Positions 40,380 through 54,491 are shown, numbered from the stretch's first letter. The stretch is DNA of 64,000 bases from Octopus sinensis (GCF_006345805.1 NC_043011.1:40498464-40562463); one strand, 5' to 3'. Notes: a model not told the origin generated them from the letters alone. Made by a program: numbers and translations.

Positions 40380-41045
40380 TGTATTCATTTGTTTTTGCAC
40401 ATTTTTACATTTTGGCGTTTTGCCGAGATTTTCCTCGAGAAAACATTCTTCGTGGTAATGGCGATTTGACGTCTATGTTTAGCATATTAGGTGCCCACTT
40501 TAGTGGTTATTCCTCTTAATTTTGTATGTAACACAATTTTTAATCTCTGGATTTTTTAAATGTGCTAAGCCACTGGTTTTAATTGATTAATATCAATTTC
40601 TACCCTTATTACTTAATTTTAAATAGAAAAAATGTTCTCTAACCGGTAAATTGGCTGCTGAAATTTATTAACTACAGAGTAATTTTCGGCCTCAGCGCGC
40701 CAAAGTGAAGACATTTGAAAAATATGCCCAAATATAAATTGTAGAACTTTATACATAATCGATTTCGGTTGAGTGTTCTGTATCTAGTTCTGGAAATTGT
40801 GTTTTGTAAGCGATAGACTACGATGAGGATCTTGGAGCTATCTGCGTGCTTGCATACGAAGATATTAACAAGTGAAACCATTGGTACGTAGGTAATGGTT
40901 TTTTTATTTCGTATATTTTCATTTGTCTTGCTCATTTTTACATTTTGATGTTTTGCTGAAATTTTTCTTGAAAACACATTCTTCGTGGTAATGGCGATTC
41001 GATATGTTAGCATATTAGGTGTCCACTTTAGTGGCATTCCTCTTT
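40380..41045 (+). mobile_element. Small non-coding element with ~135 bp terminal direct repeats and a hammerhead remnant
   Basis: cattttt acattttg..gttttgc...cattcttcgtggtaatggcgatt...agcatattaggtg.ccactttagtgg at ~40385-40518 and ~40915-41044; flanked by (TA)n; HHR remnant at 40818-40891. Confidence 0.65.
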
Positions 41046-41097
<52 letters not shown>

Positions 41098-41744
41098 TAT
41101 ATATAGTATGCAATACGAAAGTATTGCTTTCCAGTAAAGAATAGCCCGTGAGGGAAAATTATACATAGAAGTAAATATATGGCACAACGAAAATATCGGT
41201 ACTTCGTTGTGCCATATATTTACTTCTATGTATATATATATATAAGTGCAGCTAAAACAATGAGGCACTTGAAAATAAAATCAAGATATTGAAATAAAGA
41301 TTAATAAAATATATTTCTCGTCTAGTCACAGAATGCTGGTGATTGGCTGTCATTCATTTAAACATACCCACACCAGATACCATCAACAGTAGATGACAAA
41401 GAGAATAAAGTGAACCATATTGTGCTGATTGTATGCATTCTGGGGAATGATTGGCACTCCGTCGGTTACGACGACAAGGATTCGAGTTGATCCAATCAAT
41501 GGAAGATCCAGCTAGCAAAATTAAAGTTCAAGTGGCTGACCACTTCACAGACAAGCGTACCCTTCGCGTTGCTCTCGGGGAGAAATAATATAAAGGATTA
41601 CCTTACAAATGCGAGCTAGGTTTCTGTATAGGGCCTATGAAACTTTAAGTGGCACGGGGCTGAATTAAACTGTTTTAAATATTAATAAATATAACTTCTA
41701 CTAAATGTGTTTTCATTTACTTTCGTTTGCCCACTCACCCGTAT

Positions 41745-42126
41745 TCTTTTATTCTTTTACTTGTTTAGTCACGGCCACGCTGGAGCACCACCTTGAAGTG
41801 TTTTAGTCGAACAAATCGACTCCTAGTACCTATTCTATCGGTCGTATTTCTCGAACTCACTAAGTTACTCGGACGTAAACACACCAACACGGTTGTCAAA
41901 CTGAGATGGAGTGGCACAAACACAGACACATAGACACACACACACATACACATACACGCTCACACACACACATACACGCTCACACACACATATATATACG
42001 ACGGTCTTCTTTCAGTTTCCATTTACCAAATCCAGTCGCAAGGCTTGCCCAAGGTGCCACGCTGTATGAGTGAACCTGGAAGCATGTGGTTGAGAAGCAA
42101 CTCACATACTACACAGCCACGCCTGC

Positions 42127-42127
<1 letters not shown>
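41745..42127 (-). mobile_element. SINE family B, diverged
   Basis: Reverse complement of the consensus with an internal (CA)n. Confidence 0.8.
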
Positions 42128-42188
<61 letters not shown>

Positions 42189-42210
42189 ATATATATATAT
42201 ATAATATATA

Positions 42211-42241
<31 letters not shown>

Positions 42242-42810
42242 AATATACAAATATATATACATATATAAATACATATATATATAATTACATATATTACATA
42301 TATATATAAATTTAGATAATATATATACATATAGATATATACATATATATATATATTACGTATATATATATGCAATATATATACATATATATATACATAT
42401 ATTATATACATATACAGACATATAATATATATATATAATATATATATAACATTATACATATATATATACATATATTCATATGTATATATATATATATACA
42501 TATATACATATATAGATACATATGTATATATACACATATATACATATACATATATATACATATATATACATTTAATATAATACATATATATATAGATAGA
42601 TACATATATATACCTATATATATAATAAGTATATACATATATATATTATATATACATATATTATACATATATATATATACAATCTATACATATATATATA
42701 ACACACAAACACACACATATATATGTATATATATATATATATTATATAATATATATATATGATATATACTGTATATATACATATATATGTATGTATCTAC
42801 GTATGTATGT
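42128..42810. repeat. Degenerate (TA)n field
   Basis: Direct reading. Confidence 0.95.
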
Positions 42811-43974
42811 TTGTAATTGGTGTGTTTTCTACGTATAGTTCATGAATTTCAGTTGTTCAGCTAGTCTGTACTAGTAAGTGCTTGATGTTATATTCAGTAT
42901 TCCGAATGCTTCTGAGAAGACATCACTAAGAAAAGATTATGGCTACTCTTCTACTGGTATTTGTGAGGGAGTGGATACTCTGGAAGAATCTTGGTAAAAA
43001 AGTGTATTTGGATAAACCGATGTAACATATGTGTGTGTTATCAGTGAAGTCATCAACGCAATGCATCTCTGATGCTTTAAAGCACAGACCGACGAAAATT
43101 GGCGAGGTGAATGCAACTGGAAGTCAGGAATACGATTGGTAAGCGACAGCGTCTTGATATTGATTCAAGATTAGCTATGTAGTTTCAGCTTCAACTCTTG
43201 TTCTGCATCTTAAATAATTTACACTACCTGTGGTTTTAGGGGAAGTGTTTCTGTATCAAAGTGAAAACAAACCAGACAAAGTATTTCTCGAACATGGATA
43301 CTAAACGACGTTGAAATTTTCTAGTTTGTATCTAGGTTTACTTGCGGTTGTTTACATTACATGTGGCATATTTTATGCATTGAAAACTTTACTTGAAACT
43401 TCTTAACTTCTTAACATCAGTGCGTCCTTGTCCATTCACGCTCCGGTGAAAAAGACCTCATCATACGACAAGAAGTGCACACTGTTATTGTTGATATAGT
43501 TCGTAATGCTGGAGGGTAGATACAACATTTGTTAATATATAGTTGCATTTTCATGGGTTTACTGAAGAGGCGGTAGCTATCATTGTATAGAACTCGTGTG
43601 ATATGATGTGAATTATTTCTGTTTAGAGTCGTGTTACTTTTTGGAAAGTATATACAAGACAGCATGTACGTACGAAAATATCCAAGTAATATATGTGTAC
43701 ACATAAATATATTTGTACATTTATTTATACAGATGTCTCTCTCTCTCTCTCTCTACTTCTATATCTCTCTATATATATATATTATATATAATATATATAT
43801 TTATTAAACGGTTGAAGTACGACCATAGGGCATAAACTCCGTGCCCTATGGTCGTAACTTCACCGTGCTGGTTCTGTTGTGAGTTGCTACCAGGTATCGG
43901 TTATCTTTCGAATTATCCGTAATAAAGATAATTCTTTTGTCTACTTAATATTTATATATATATATATATATATA

Positions 43975-44015
<41 letters not shown>

Positions 44016-44160
44016 AACTTATAAATAAGGGCAAACGAAAAAATTTCTAATACCAAATATGCTGAAAATGGACATGTTGTCCATTACCATATAATTTATC
44101 ACAATACGCACGCTACTCGAAAAAAGTCGACAGAAATTTCTAAAAAATTCCCTTATTACC

Positions 44161-44215
44161 ATATCGGACTGATTTCAGGGTTAGTTCGTAAGAACCCTCC
44201 CTTCGTCAGTGATAC
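44161..44215 (-). ncRNA. Type-I hammerhead ribozyme motif with intact core
   Basis: Minus strand GUAUCA-CUGACGA-AGGG..GUUC-uuac-GAAC..CCCU-GAAA-UCAG-UC-CGAUAU. Confidence 0.7.
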
Positions 44216-44554
44216 ATGTGGCAAAGAAATAAATGAGATAGTTACTCATACCCATGGAAGAAGCAAAACACTAAGTCATGAGCACAATTAAGTGCCCCAA
44301 ATAATCCAAAATAGAAATACTCCAGCCCATTCAAGACACGTGCGATTTGAACTAAGGCTCTCATATAATATATATATATATATATATACATGAATGTATT
44401 TAAACACACATTCAAGCACACACATACACACACTGACACACAACACACACACACACACACACACAACACACAAAAGTACCAACAAATATAAATCAACGTT
44501 TATGTTTGTCTGTCGGGATCAAAAGTTCACTTTTTCGATGAGTAACTTATTATG

Positions 44555-44960
44555 CTATATTCCAAATAAGTTAGTAGCTGTATGTTTGACCGTTCTCTTA
44601 GTATTGTTAAAACCAAAATTATTGGTAACGTATTCACATACACAAAAGAACCTAGAGTTTGATATGTGTAATAGAAGGTCTTCTAACATATATCTCTTTA
44701 TTTCTTTTATTACTTGTGTTCTAATAAAAGATTTTGGGTATCCATTTAATCTCAAGAGGTCATAGAGCCTTTTTAACGTTAGCACTCTCATTTTCTACAT
44801 CACTACGCATGCTTTCAATGCGATTAATTTCGTTGTTGATGTATAAAGATATATAGTAATAAATCTTCGATTTGAAAGGGAGAAATAAATCTTTACAAAC
44901 AAGCTTCTTGAAGACATTGATTTATTCTCAACTGGAAGTCGAGCAGGAAATATAAGGCTA
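44555..44960 (-). pseudogene. Penelope-like element RT C-terminal/linker fragment
   Basis: Minus strand NVFKKLVCKDLFLPFKS (compare VYRKPT..D.YL.F.S) and LRLNGYPKSFI (the PLE L..NGYP..I motif), with frameshifts. Confidence 0.65.
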
Positions 44961-45384
44961 CGACAAAAAACATCCGATTACTATTATTATTAGTTTTTGC
45001 TTGTTCTTCAGCATTATGCAGTAATGTACATTGTCAATAGCAAGGAATGTATTGAATGTTTAACTTAACATCACAACACAATATCGACAATGTAATTTAT
45101 GAAATATGTATATAAAACATTGTTTCACTTAACTACACTGAGAGGAAATATACGCTCACACACACACATACCTCCTCACACATCCTTTTACTCTCGCTGA
45201 CTCTGTCTTTATATATATATATATATATATGTGTGTGTGGTGTGTGTGTGTGTGTGTGTGTGTACTTATATATATTATATATATATATATGTATGTCTAC
45301 ATATATATATATATGTGTTTGTGTGTGTGTACACATATATATATAAATGCGCATGCACACATATATAACATATATATATGTATT

Positions 45385-45415
<31 letters not shown>

Positions 45416-45622
45416 GTATGTATGTATATATACATATGAGTACATATATATAAGCATGCTATATATGCGTGCGCGCGTGTTTGTATGTGTTTCTATATGC
45501 ATATAACACACACACTCGCACTCACATATGTATTTACCATACATATATATATATATACACATATATACATTTATATATATATGTAGTATGTGTGTTTGTA
45601 TATATGAATATATATATACACA

Positions 45623-45668
<46 letters not shown>

Positions 45669-45718
45669 AACATTCATATAAACACCCATAAACACTCACA
45701 TATTTATATATATAACTA

Positions 45719-45763
<45 letters not shown>

Positions 45764-45989
45764 CATACGCGCGCACACACATCAAATTAAATTGTTTTTT
45801 TTCCTCTTATATATTAACTTTTCCTTCTTTGATTTTCGTACTTATATAATCGTACTGCTTATTTCTAAATTATTACAATGAAACTTTTATGTACGTAGGT
45901 ACATATGCAACAATAACACACACACCACAGAGGTAGATTGATAGATAGATAGATAGATTGTGGATATATATATAAATATATATTATATA

Positions 45990-46021
<32 letters not shown>

Positions 46022-46624
46022 GTCTGTATATATGTACGTACATGTGTGTAATAACACCAGACTCACACGCATATATCTTAGTCGGAGGCTTCTGGCAGCG
46101 TCTCCTTGACTTCGAATAAATGAACAAATTATCTTGCTTACTTCACCGCCATTTTTTCTCGGGCTGGGGATAATTATGCATCTATGTGAAAACTGCATGC
46201 ACACTATAAACAGCACAAAAACAAAATCCCCTGTATTCCTCTTATCAACAGGACACCAAATAGATCTTTGAATTATGTAGATACTTTTATATACGTTTAA
46301 ATACAATTCAAACACCGCTGCTTGAATTTTGTGTCCATAATTGTCGACTAATTTACTGTAAGGAATTCTATACTCTTCTCTAAATATTTTTTACTTCAAA
46401 CGGAAACTTCTCGTTTGTTTACAATGCTTCGAAATTTGCCTTACGTCAGACACAAACTATAGAAACGTATTTACTTCGAGAAAGATATATTTAGTGTTAG
46501 ATATTGATGAAGCCAAAGCATCTTGTTTTTTTTTTATTTTGTTGATTTTACATGCATGATAGGAGCGTTTACATGCATTTATGGAAACAATTTTGTTCAG
46601 AATAATAAGATAAAACATATTTGT

Positions 46625-46744
46625 ATAGGCGCAAGCGTGGCTGTGTGGTTCTGGGTTTAATCACGCTGCGTGGCACCTTGGGAAAGTGTCTTCTACTATA
46701 GCCTTATGAATGGATTTGGTGGATGGAAACTGAGAGAAGCCCGT

Positions 46745-46816
<72 letters not shown>

Positions 46817-47050
46817 TGTGCGCGCGCGCGCGTCTTTATGTCTATGTTTGTTCCCGACCACGGCGTGACGAGTGCTGTTGTGTTTACGTTCCTGTAACTT
46901 AGCGCTTCGGCAGAGATATCGATAGAATAAGTACCAGACTTACAACAAATAAAATGCACTGGAGCCGATTCATTCGCCTAAAGATTCTTCAAGGTGGTGC
47001 CCCAGCATGGCCGCAGTTTCATGTCTGAAACAAGTAAAAGATAAAAAGAT
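46625..47050 (+). mobile_element. SINE family B
   Basis: taggcgcaagcgtggctgtgtgg...ggcaccttgggaaagtgtcttc...tail aaaagataaaaag. Confidence 0.85.
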
Positions 47051-47409
47051 AATATTTTAGGTATAGGTTCATTTATTTTCAGATCATTCCTTTCTCATCC
47101 TACTTACCCACATACATGCACATATCTATGTAAATACACATTTAGACACCTGTATATCATACTCTGTGTATAAAAGATGAATCAACAGTATTCGTCCGGA
47201 GATATCTCTTATGAACGTGTTGTGTTTGAAGCACAAAACTATCTCAGTAGCAGTCGAAAATCGTGAAGCAGCTGCGATAAAGAATGTTATATGCGTATTT
47301 CTGCCTCCATAGGCTTTGTCAGTAGCACGTACCCAACGATAACCGCATCCCGAGACAATATATGTACGGTTAAAATCTACGTTTATGGGTTTTATCTGTT
47401 CCTGAAGAT

Positions 47410-47688
47410 TGTTCGTCACCCGAAATGTTCGTAAACCGAAACTGTTTTCCCCATAGGAAATTCTAGAGAAAGCATGGAGAATTCGAGCAGGGATAGGCAC
47501 CGACTGAAAGCTAAACAAAACTGACGCTCTGCCTCCGATACGTCCAGCTTATCGCCAACCGTTGTACCTGGCTTGCATGTTCGTTACTGGAGATGCCCTT
47601 CACCAGCCGAGACGTTTTATGTTCGAAATTTTGTTCGTAAACCGATTTGTTCGCGATTAGAGGGGTTCGTAAGCCGAGGTTCCATTGC
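47410..47688. mobile_element. pogo/Tigger-like MITE fragment
   Basis: Repeated gttcgtaa(a/g)ccga motifs ending in gttcgtaagccgaggttccattg, typical of a Tigger right end. Confidence 0.55.
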
Positions 47689-47889
47689 ATGAGAATTCAT
47701 TTTGTTATTTGCACGACATCCCCAATGAATAATCTAAATAATCTCCATTGATGGAGATATGTCCTAAGTTCTTGGATAAATAAATTTGAAATTTTACCAC
47801 GAAAGTCTGTAGAGGATACATTTGCCATAAGATCAATGACATGTGCTCTGGATAAGCATTGGTTGTTAGTAAAGAAATCTTTTCTCTTC

Positions 47890-48251
47890 TGCTTGTTTCC
47901 GTCATAAACTGCGGCCATGCTGGGGCATCACATTGAAGGAATTAGTTGAATGGATCGGCCCTAGAACTTGTTTTAAGCCTGGTATTTATTCCATCAGTCT
48001 TTTTTGCCGAGGCGCTAATTTATGGGAATGTAAACACACCAACACCGGTTATTAAGAGGTGGTGGTAGGCAAATACAAATATTTGTATAGGCGCAAGCGT
48101 GGCTGTGTGGTAAGAGGTTTGCTTCCCAGCCACATGGTTCCGAGTTCAGACCCACTGCGTTGCACTTTGGGCAAGTGTCTTCTTCTATAGCCCAGGGCCA
48201 AGCAAAGCCTTGTGAGTTGATTTGATAGACGGAAACTGAAAGAAGCCCGTC

Positions 48252-48326
<75 letters not shown>

Positions 48327-48652
48327 CGTTTTTTTATTTGTGCCTGTGTGTGTTCCCCCACCATCGATTGACCGATGTTAGTGTACTTACGTCACGTCAC
48401 TTAGCGGTTTGGCATAAGTGATCGATAGAATAAGTACTAGGCTTACAAAGAATAAGTCCTGGGGTCGATTTGTTCGACTAAAAGTGGCGCTCCATCATGG
48501 CCGCAGTCAAATAACTGAAACAAGAAAAATACAAAAATAAAAATAAAATTTTGATATTCGACTGCGATATGTATGGATACATTTCATAGGCATTTGTACA
48601 TGGATTTGAACACTCATCCATCCCATCTCCGTCCGTCCGTCCGTCCATGCAT

Positions 48653-48689
<37 letters not shown>

Positions 48690-49040
48690 AACACACACAC
48701 ACAGACACACCTATATTTGTTTTTTACATGTTTCAGTTATTGGACTATGGCCAGGCTGGGGCACCGTCTCGAAACGTTATTGACGAACGAATCGACCCCA
48801 GTACGTATTTTTTAATGCTTGGTAGTTATTATGAACCCCTGATATACGGGGACGTAACAAAAGCAACACTTGTTGCAAAGCGGTGGTGTGGCACATACAC
48901 AATCACACACACACATGTTCACGACGAGCTTCTTTCAGTTTCCTTCTACTAATTGACGCACAAGGCTATAGTAAAAGACACTTGCCAAAGCTCCGGCGCA
49001 ATGAAACTGAACCCAGAATCATGTAAGTGGAAAGCAAACT
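47890..49040. mobile_element. Three SINE family B copies in alternating orientation
   Basis: 47890-48070 minus, 48088-48530 plus, 48720-49040 minus. Confidence 0.8.
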
Positions 49041-49448
49041 ACCTAACACTCACCAACACCTGGACCGTCCGTCCGTCCGTCCATCCATCCATCCATCCAT
49101 ATACACAGACACACACATATATATATATACATATATATAAGATCCAGGGATCGTAGTATTGGAAGAAAGTTAACTTAAAGTAATTCGTAGTAAATATATA
49201 TATATATATATATATATTAAATTAAGGATAACATCTTTATAAGAAATTATCAGTAGTTAGCGTGAAAAACCTCGTAAGAAAAAAAATCTGTAAATTTTTC
49301 CACTTTGAAAATATGTATTTATATTCTATAGAGGGTACTATTATTCATAGGTACCGCACACTAGGAGGGACTCTTGCAGTCAAAACTACTAAAATAAACA
49401 AATTGTACCGAATGCAAAACTTAAAAGCAAGTCATTTAAAAACAGAAT

Positions 49449-50020
49449 TTAGTTACATATCACCGTCAGGTTAGTATCTATAGTTATACTAAGTCCGAAG
49501 TATTTCATTAAATGGATAATATCCTTCCTAAAACGATCCTGCGCTGGTCCATTTGTATTAGAGGTTAAGGCGAGGGCATCATATTTGTAGATGGCGAAAT
49601 ATACATCAGGAAATTTCTTACCTAAAGTATCTAGGAGAAAAAATCCAATAAGATCCCAAATGCCTGCTCCATCATATGACCCCATGCTCACATCGAAAGC
49701 ACCCTCTGTGTCGGTATTTTTGACCCACTTTGCGTTCTCACTGAAAAGTAAGGTTTTTCTAGCATGGAAGATAATGTCCTTATCATTTGTACTGATTCCT
49801 ATGGAATCGCTAGCGAAGACGAGGGCTTTATCTAGCAGTTCTTTAGAGATAGAGGCATAAAAATCAACAATATCGAATTGTGTAAACCTCGCTTTTTTCT
49901 TATTCTTAATGGCTTTAAACCAGTCTACGACTTCTATACTATTGGACCATTGTACTAGCCTAGTAGTGGTCTTAATTTTCGCATTTATTTAATCTAAAAT
50001 TTCTTTACTAATAATCCCAT
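49449..50020 (-). pseudogene. Penelope-like element reverse transcriptase core
   Basis: One frame: IISKEILD*INAKIK..QWSNSIEVVDWF..FTQFDIVDFYASIS..ALVFA..IIFHARKTLLF..FDVSMGSYDGAGIWDLIG..IYKYDAL..GP..GLSITIDTN; one stop; catalytic Y.DD altered to YKYD. Confidence 0.9.
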
Positions 50021-50109
50021 AATATTGAGGTCTCTTTCTTTCTTTTGTTATCTTACCGTTTTTACCAATATACATATTATATGATATATATATGTAATAT
50101 ATATATATA

Positions 50110-50156
<47 letters not shown>

Positions 50157-50689
50157 TATATATATACATATATATATTTGTATATGGGTATACGTATGTA
50201 AGTAGCATGTGATTTCTTATCTCTGGAATACCACCAAAATAATACTTCTTTCTTAGCTAATATCATATTATTCATGTAATACCGTTTCTGATATTTTATT
50301 AATACCATTAAGTTAACCATTACGTTAATATTTCTTATCTTTTACATCACATATTATAATGTCACCACATAATATATATATATATATGTATGTATATATA
50401 TAAGCTGTTTTTGTATGAAAATGAAGTTCGTTGCATAAGTTTTTCTCTTCCTTTGACATTTATATAATTTCCTATTACGGTCTGTACTTATCTAACGCTT
50501 TATTCTGAAACACGTATATCGAGTTCAAACATCAGTTTATTAACATGGCTATACCGAAGCGAGACGTTCGTATACATATAACTGTTTCTTCATTAACACT
50601 TCTTTAATCAGTCACACATACTTCTTAAGCTAACAATCTAGTTTTTTTTTTTCGGAGTTATTCTTTCTTTTTAATTATTTCAATAATTA

Positions 50690-51445
50690 GACTGCGGTTA
50701 TGCTGGGGCACCGCCTTGAAGAATTTTAGATGATCGAGTCGACCCCCAATATTTTTTTACGTTTCGTAAAGCCTCCTACTTATTCTATCGGTTTCTTTTG
50801 TTGAACTGCAAAGTTACTGGGATATAAACACACCAACACTGGTTGTCACGCGGCGGTGGTGGAAAAACCCAGACACAAACACACACACACTCTCTTTCAC
50901 ACACACTCTCTCTTTCACACATACTAACACACACACTCTCTCTCTCACTCACACCCTCTCTCTCTCACACACACACTCTCTCTCTCACACACGCTCTCTC
51001 ACACGCTTTCTCTCTCACACACACACATATATATGATATAAATATTTATGTGGCTGTGTGGTAAGTAGCTTGGCCCGAGTTCAGTTCCACTGCGAGGCAC
51101 CTTGGGCAAGTGTCTTCTACTATAGCCTCGGGCCAACCAAAGCCTTGTGAATGGATTTGGTAGATGGAAACCGAAAGAAGCCCATCATATATGTATATAT
51201 ATATATATGTATATGTGTGTGTGTGTGTGTCTGTGTTTGTGTGCCTGTGTTTGTTCCCCCACCATCGCTTGACAATCGACGCTGGTGTGTTTACGTCCCT
51301 GTAATCTAGCGTTTGGGCTAAAGAGACCGATAGAATAAGTACTAAGTTTACAAAGAATAAGTTCTGGGGTCGATTTGCTCGACTAAATATGGTGCTCCGG
51401 CATGGCCGCAGTCAAATGACTGAAACAAATAAAAATGAAAAAAGA
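50690..51445. mobile_element. SINE family B pair (50690-50880 minus, 51048-51445 plus)
   Basis: Consensus matches on both strands, separated by (CT/CA)n. Confidence 0.85.
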
Positions 51446-51769
51446 GAATAACTAGTATTCATCAAACATATCTCATATTAAATATCCATGCCAAATCAAT
51501 ATAATATGAGTATATTAGTATTACTTATTATCAATTTTGTTAAATATCTTCATTAGATTTCTTTAAATATTATTAAAAAGCAGTAATGATACAAACGAAT
51601 GAAAGAATTATCGTATTTTATGCAAAAGATTGTTTTTATTTATACTTTTTAATTTCATCTTAGAAATTTACATGATGGGGGTCGATAAATTATCGACGAT
51701 TCCATGATGTATGAAGTTTGCCAGGTCCTGGGATAAAGTAAGGCCAAACTTGTTCTACGGCGAAATATC

Positions 51770-51986
51770 CTTTCTGCTATAAGCACAAGGCCTGAAATTT
51801 TCGGGGAGGGGGCTAGTCGATTTCGCTGACCCACTATTTAACTGGTACTTACTTATTTTATCGAACCCGAAAGGATGAAAGGCAAAGTCGACTTCAATGG
51901 AATTTGAACTCAGAACTTAAAGATAGACGAAATTTCGCTGATCATTTTGCCGGCGTGCTGAAAGGTTCTGCCACCTCACCGCCTTC
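51770..51986 (-). mobile_element. SINE family A with TSD
   Basis: Flanked by ctacggcgaaatatc (51755) and ctacggtcaaatatc (51987). Confidence 0.85.
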
Positions 51987-52558
51987 CTACGGTCAAATAT
52001 CTATTGTGACTATTTGCTTAGAATGCAAATGGCGGTCATTTGTGTGAAAATATTTATAGCGAAACTTGTTTTACTCTCAAGAATTAAATTTCAAATATAA
52101 ATAATAATTAGAGACATAAAACTTTGCATATATATCGAAGATATCTTTTGGTACAGGGTTTTAGCAAATTTAACAAATTCATCTGTACTGACATAACATA
52201 CTACTGTTTAATATACAGTATGGTAATTTTAAATGACTTATGTGAGTGGCACAATGGTAAATATGAATGCATATATGAGTGTTGGTATGCATGTATACAG
52301 ACACACACACATTTGTATATAGGTACACATATATTAACACATACAAAATTTTACATATATAGCACAATATATTTTTTTTCAAACGTATACAAGTATTTTC
52401 ATTCTTAACCGCCATTTTAACTGATGTCAAACACATAGATACATGACATGACAGTCTATTTATATATAAATATATTCATATATTAATGTATATGTATATA
52501 TATATGAATACATACATATGTACATATATACATGTAGTACATATGTATATGTGTATGC

Positions 52559-52603
<45 letters not shown>

Positions 52604-52739
52604 ATGCGTGTGTATCTATCTCTCTCTATATATATGCATATATACATAAACTCAAAGATATATATATATATACACACAAACATAGAGACATAGAGTCACA
52701 TATGCATTGGCAATAACACACATACTTTTTTACACAAAC

Positions 52740-52770
<31 letters not shown>

Positions 52771-53099
52771 TGTATGCATATACACACATGAGCATACTTC
52801 ATTTTATGGATGCGCTTTATATTTCGTTTCACGGTAAACTATTTGTGAGAGTGTGTTGTTTATACAGAAGACGTTGATTTACGCCCCTTGCGGCGGGCGC
52901 TGTGTCACTTTCGTTTCGACTAATTCAGCTGATATGTGTGCTTATTTGTAAAGATAGATACGATATTTATATTACCTGCACGTTTTCTTCGTATTAGTGC
53001 CTTCTGTTATGATTGGCAAATGAAGAAAGCTAGAATATACAAACTTTTCAATTGTATTAGCTGGGAGCGACACTTTCGAGCAATATTTTTTAGACAATG

Positions 53100-53139
53100 C
53101 AAGTATACATACATACATATATATATACCATGGCTTTAC

Positions 53140-53183
<44 letters not shown>

Positions 53184-53491
53184 TAATATATATATATATA
53201 TGTATGTATATATGTATGTATATATGTATATATATATGTATATATTTATAGATATATTATATATATATATATATTTACGTATGTAATACACACACACATA
53301 CACGCACACACACCATATATATATACACATATATGCTATAAATATATATATATATGCACATATATATATATACATAAATAATATATATATGCACATATAT
53401 ATATATACCATAAATATATATATATATATATGTACTATAATTGTATAATGTATACATAATATATGTATATGCATATATGTATGTGCATATG

Positions 53492-53535
<44 letters not shown>

Positions 53536-53568
53536 GTATATCTATATCTATTTATCTCCTCTCTGTAT

Positions 53569-53647
<79 letters not shown>

Positions 53648-53653
53648 TATATA

Positions 53654-53716
<63 letters not shown>

Positions 53717-53740
53717 ATATACATGCATATAGATATATAT
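53100..53740. repeat. Degenerate (TA)n field
   Basis: Direct reading. Confidence 0.95.
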
Positions 53741-54446
53741 TTGTTGTGATTTAGTAGTAAATTCATAGACATTAACATATTTGCAAACTTGTGGAAAGAA
53801 AAACAAAGCTTACATGGCCAAATATATCTGTACAAGTAATCGCATACATGTGAAGCTTTATCAACACACACACATACTTGCACACACACACACACACGCA
53901 CACATACACATAAAGTCAGACGTTTTTCCTCTTTACCTCAAATACATGTGCTTATGCGTATGTTGCATGCAGGTATGTGTGTGTTTGTGTGTGGATTGGT
54001 TAATGCGTGAGTGTATGTATGCGTGTGTGTAGATATGTAGGAAGCAATTTTTTCTTTGCTAGTTTTTGTGTTGTAGATACGTAGGAGTTCAAATTTAACG
54101 TTTTCTATTAAACATTTTTCATACTTACTCATTAGTTTTCTATAATTAATTTGGAACAATGGCGATCCAGATTCCATTACTGCTTCAAAATCATTAGTTC
54201 GTATTGCTTTTTTTGTTGTTTTTTTTTAAACTCATTACAATGCAAGTTCGGAGACAAAATTCAAACAAAGACTTACTCTTTTACTTGTTTCAATCATTTG
54301 ACTACGGCCATGCTGGAACACTGCCTTTAGTCGAACAAATCGGCCCCAGAACTTATTTTTTGTAGGCCTAGTACTTACTCTATTGGTCTCTTTTGCCGAA
54401 CAGCTAAGTTACGGGGACACACACAGACAAACAAACATATACTTAT

Positions 54447-54491
<45 letters not shown>

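Noticed and set aside
46135-46195. Possible minus-strand micro-exon reading CIIIPSPRKNGGE (TSP1-like)
   Set aside because: Too short, the resemblance is weak and no neighbouring exons of such a gene were found.
52880-52900. CTCF-like GC motif cgccccttgcggcgggcg
   Set aside because: Imperfect match to the consensus and no supporting context.
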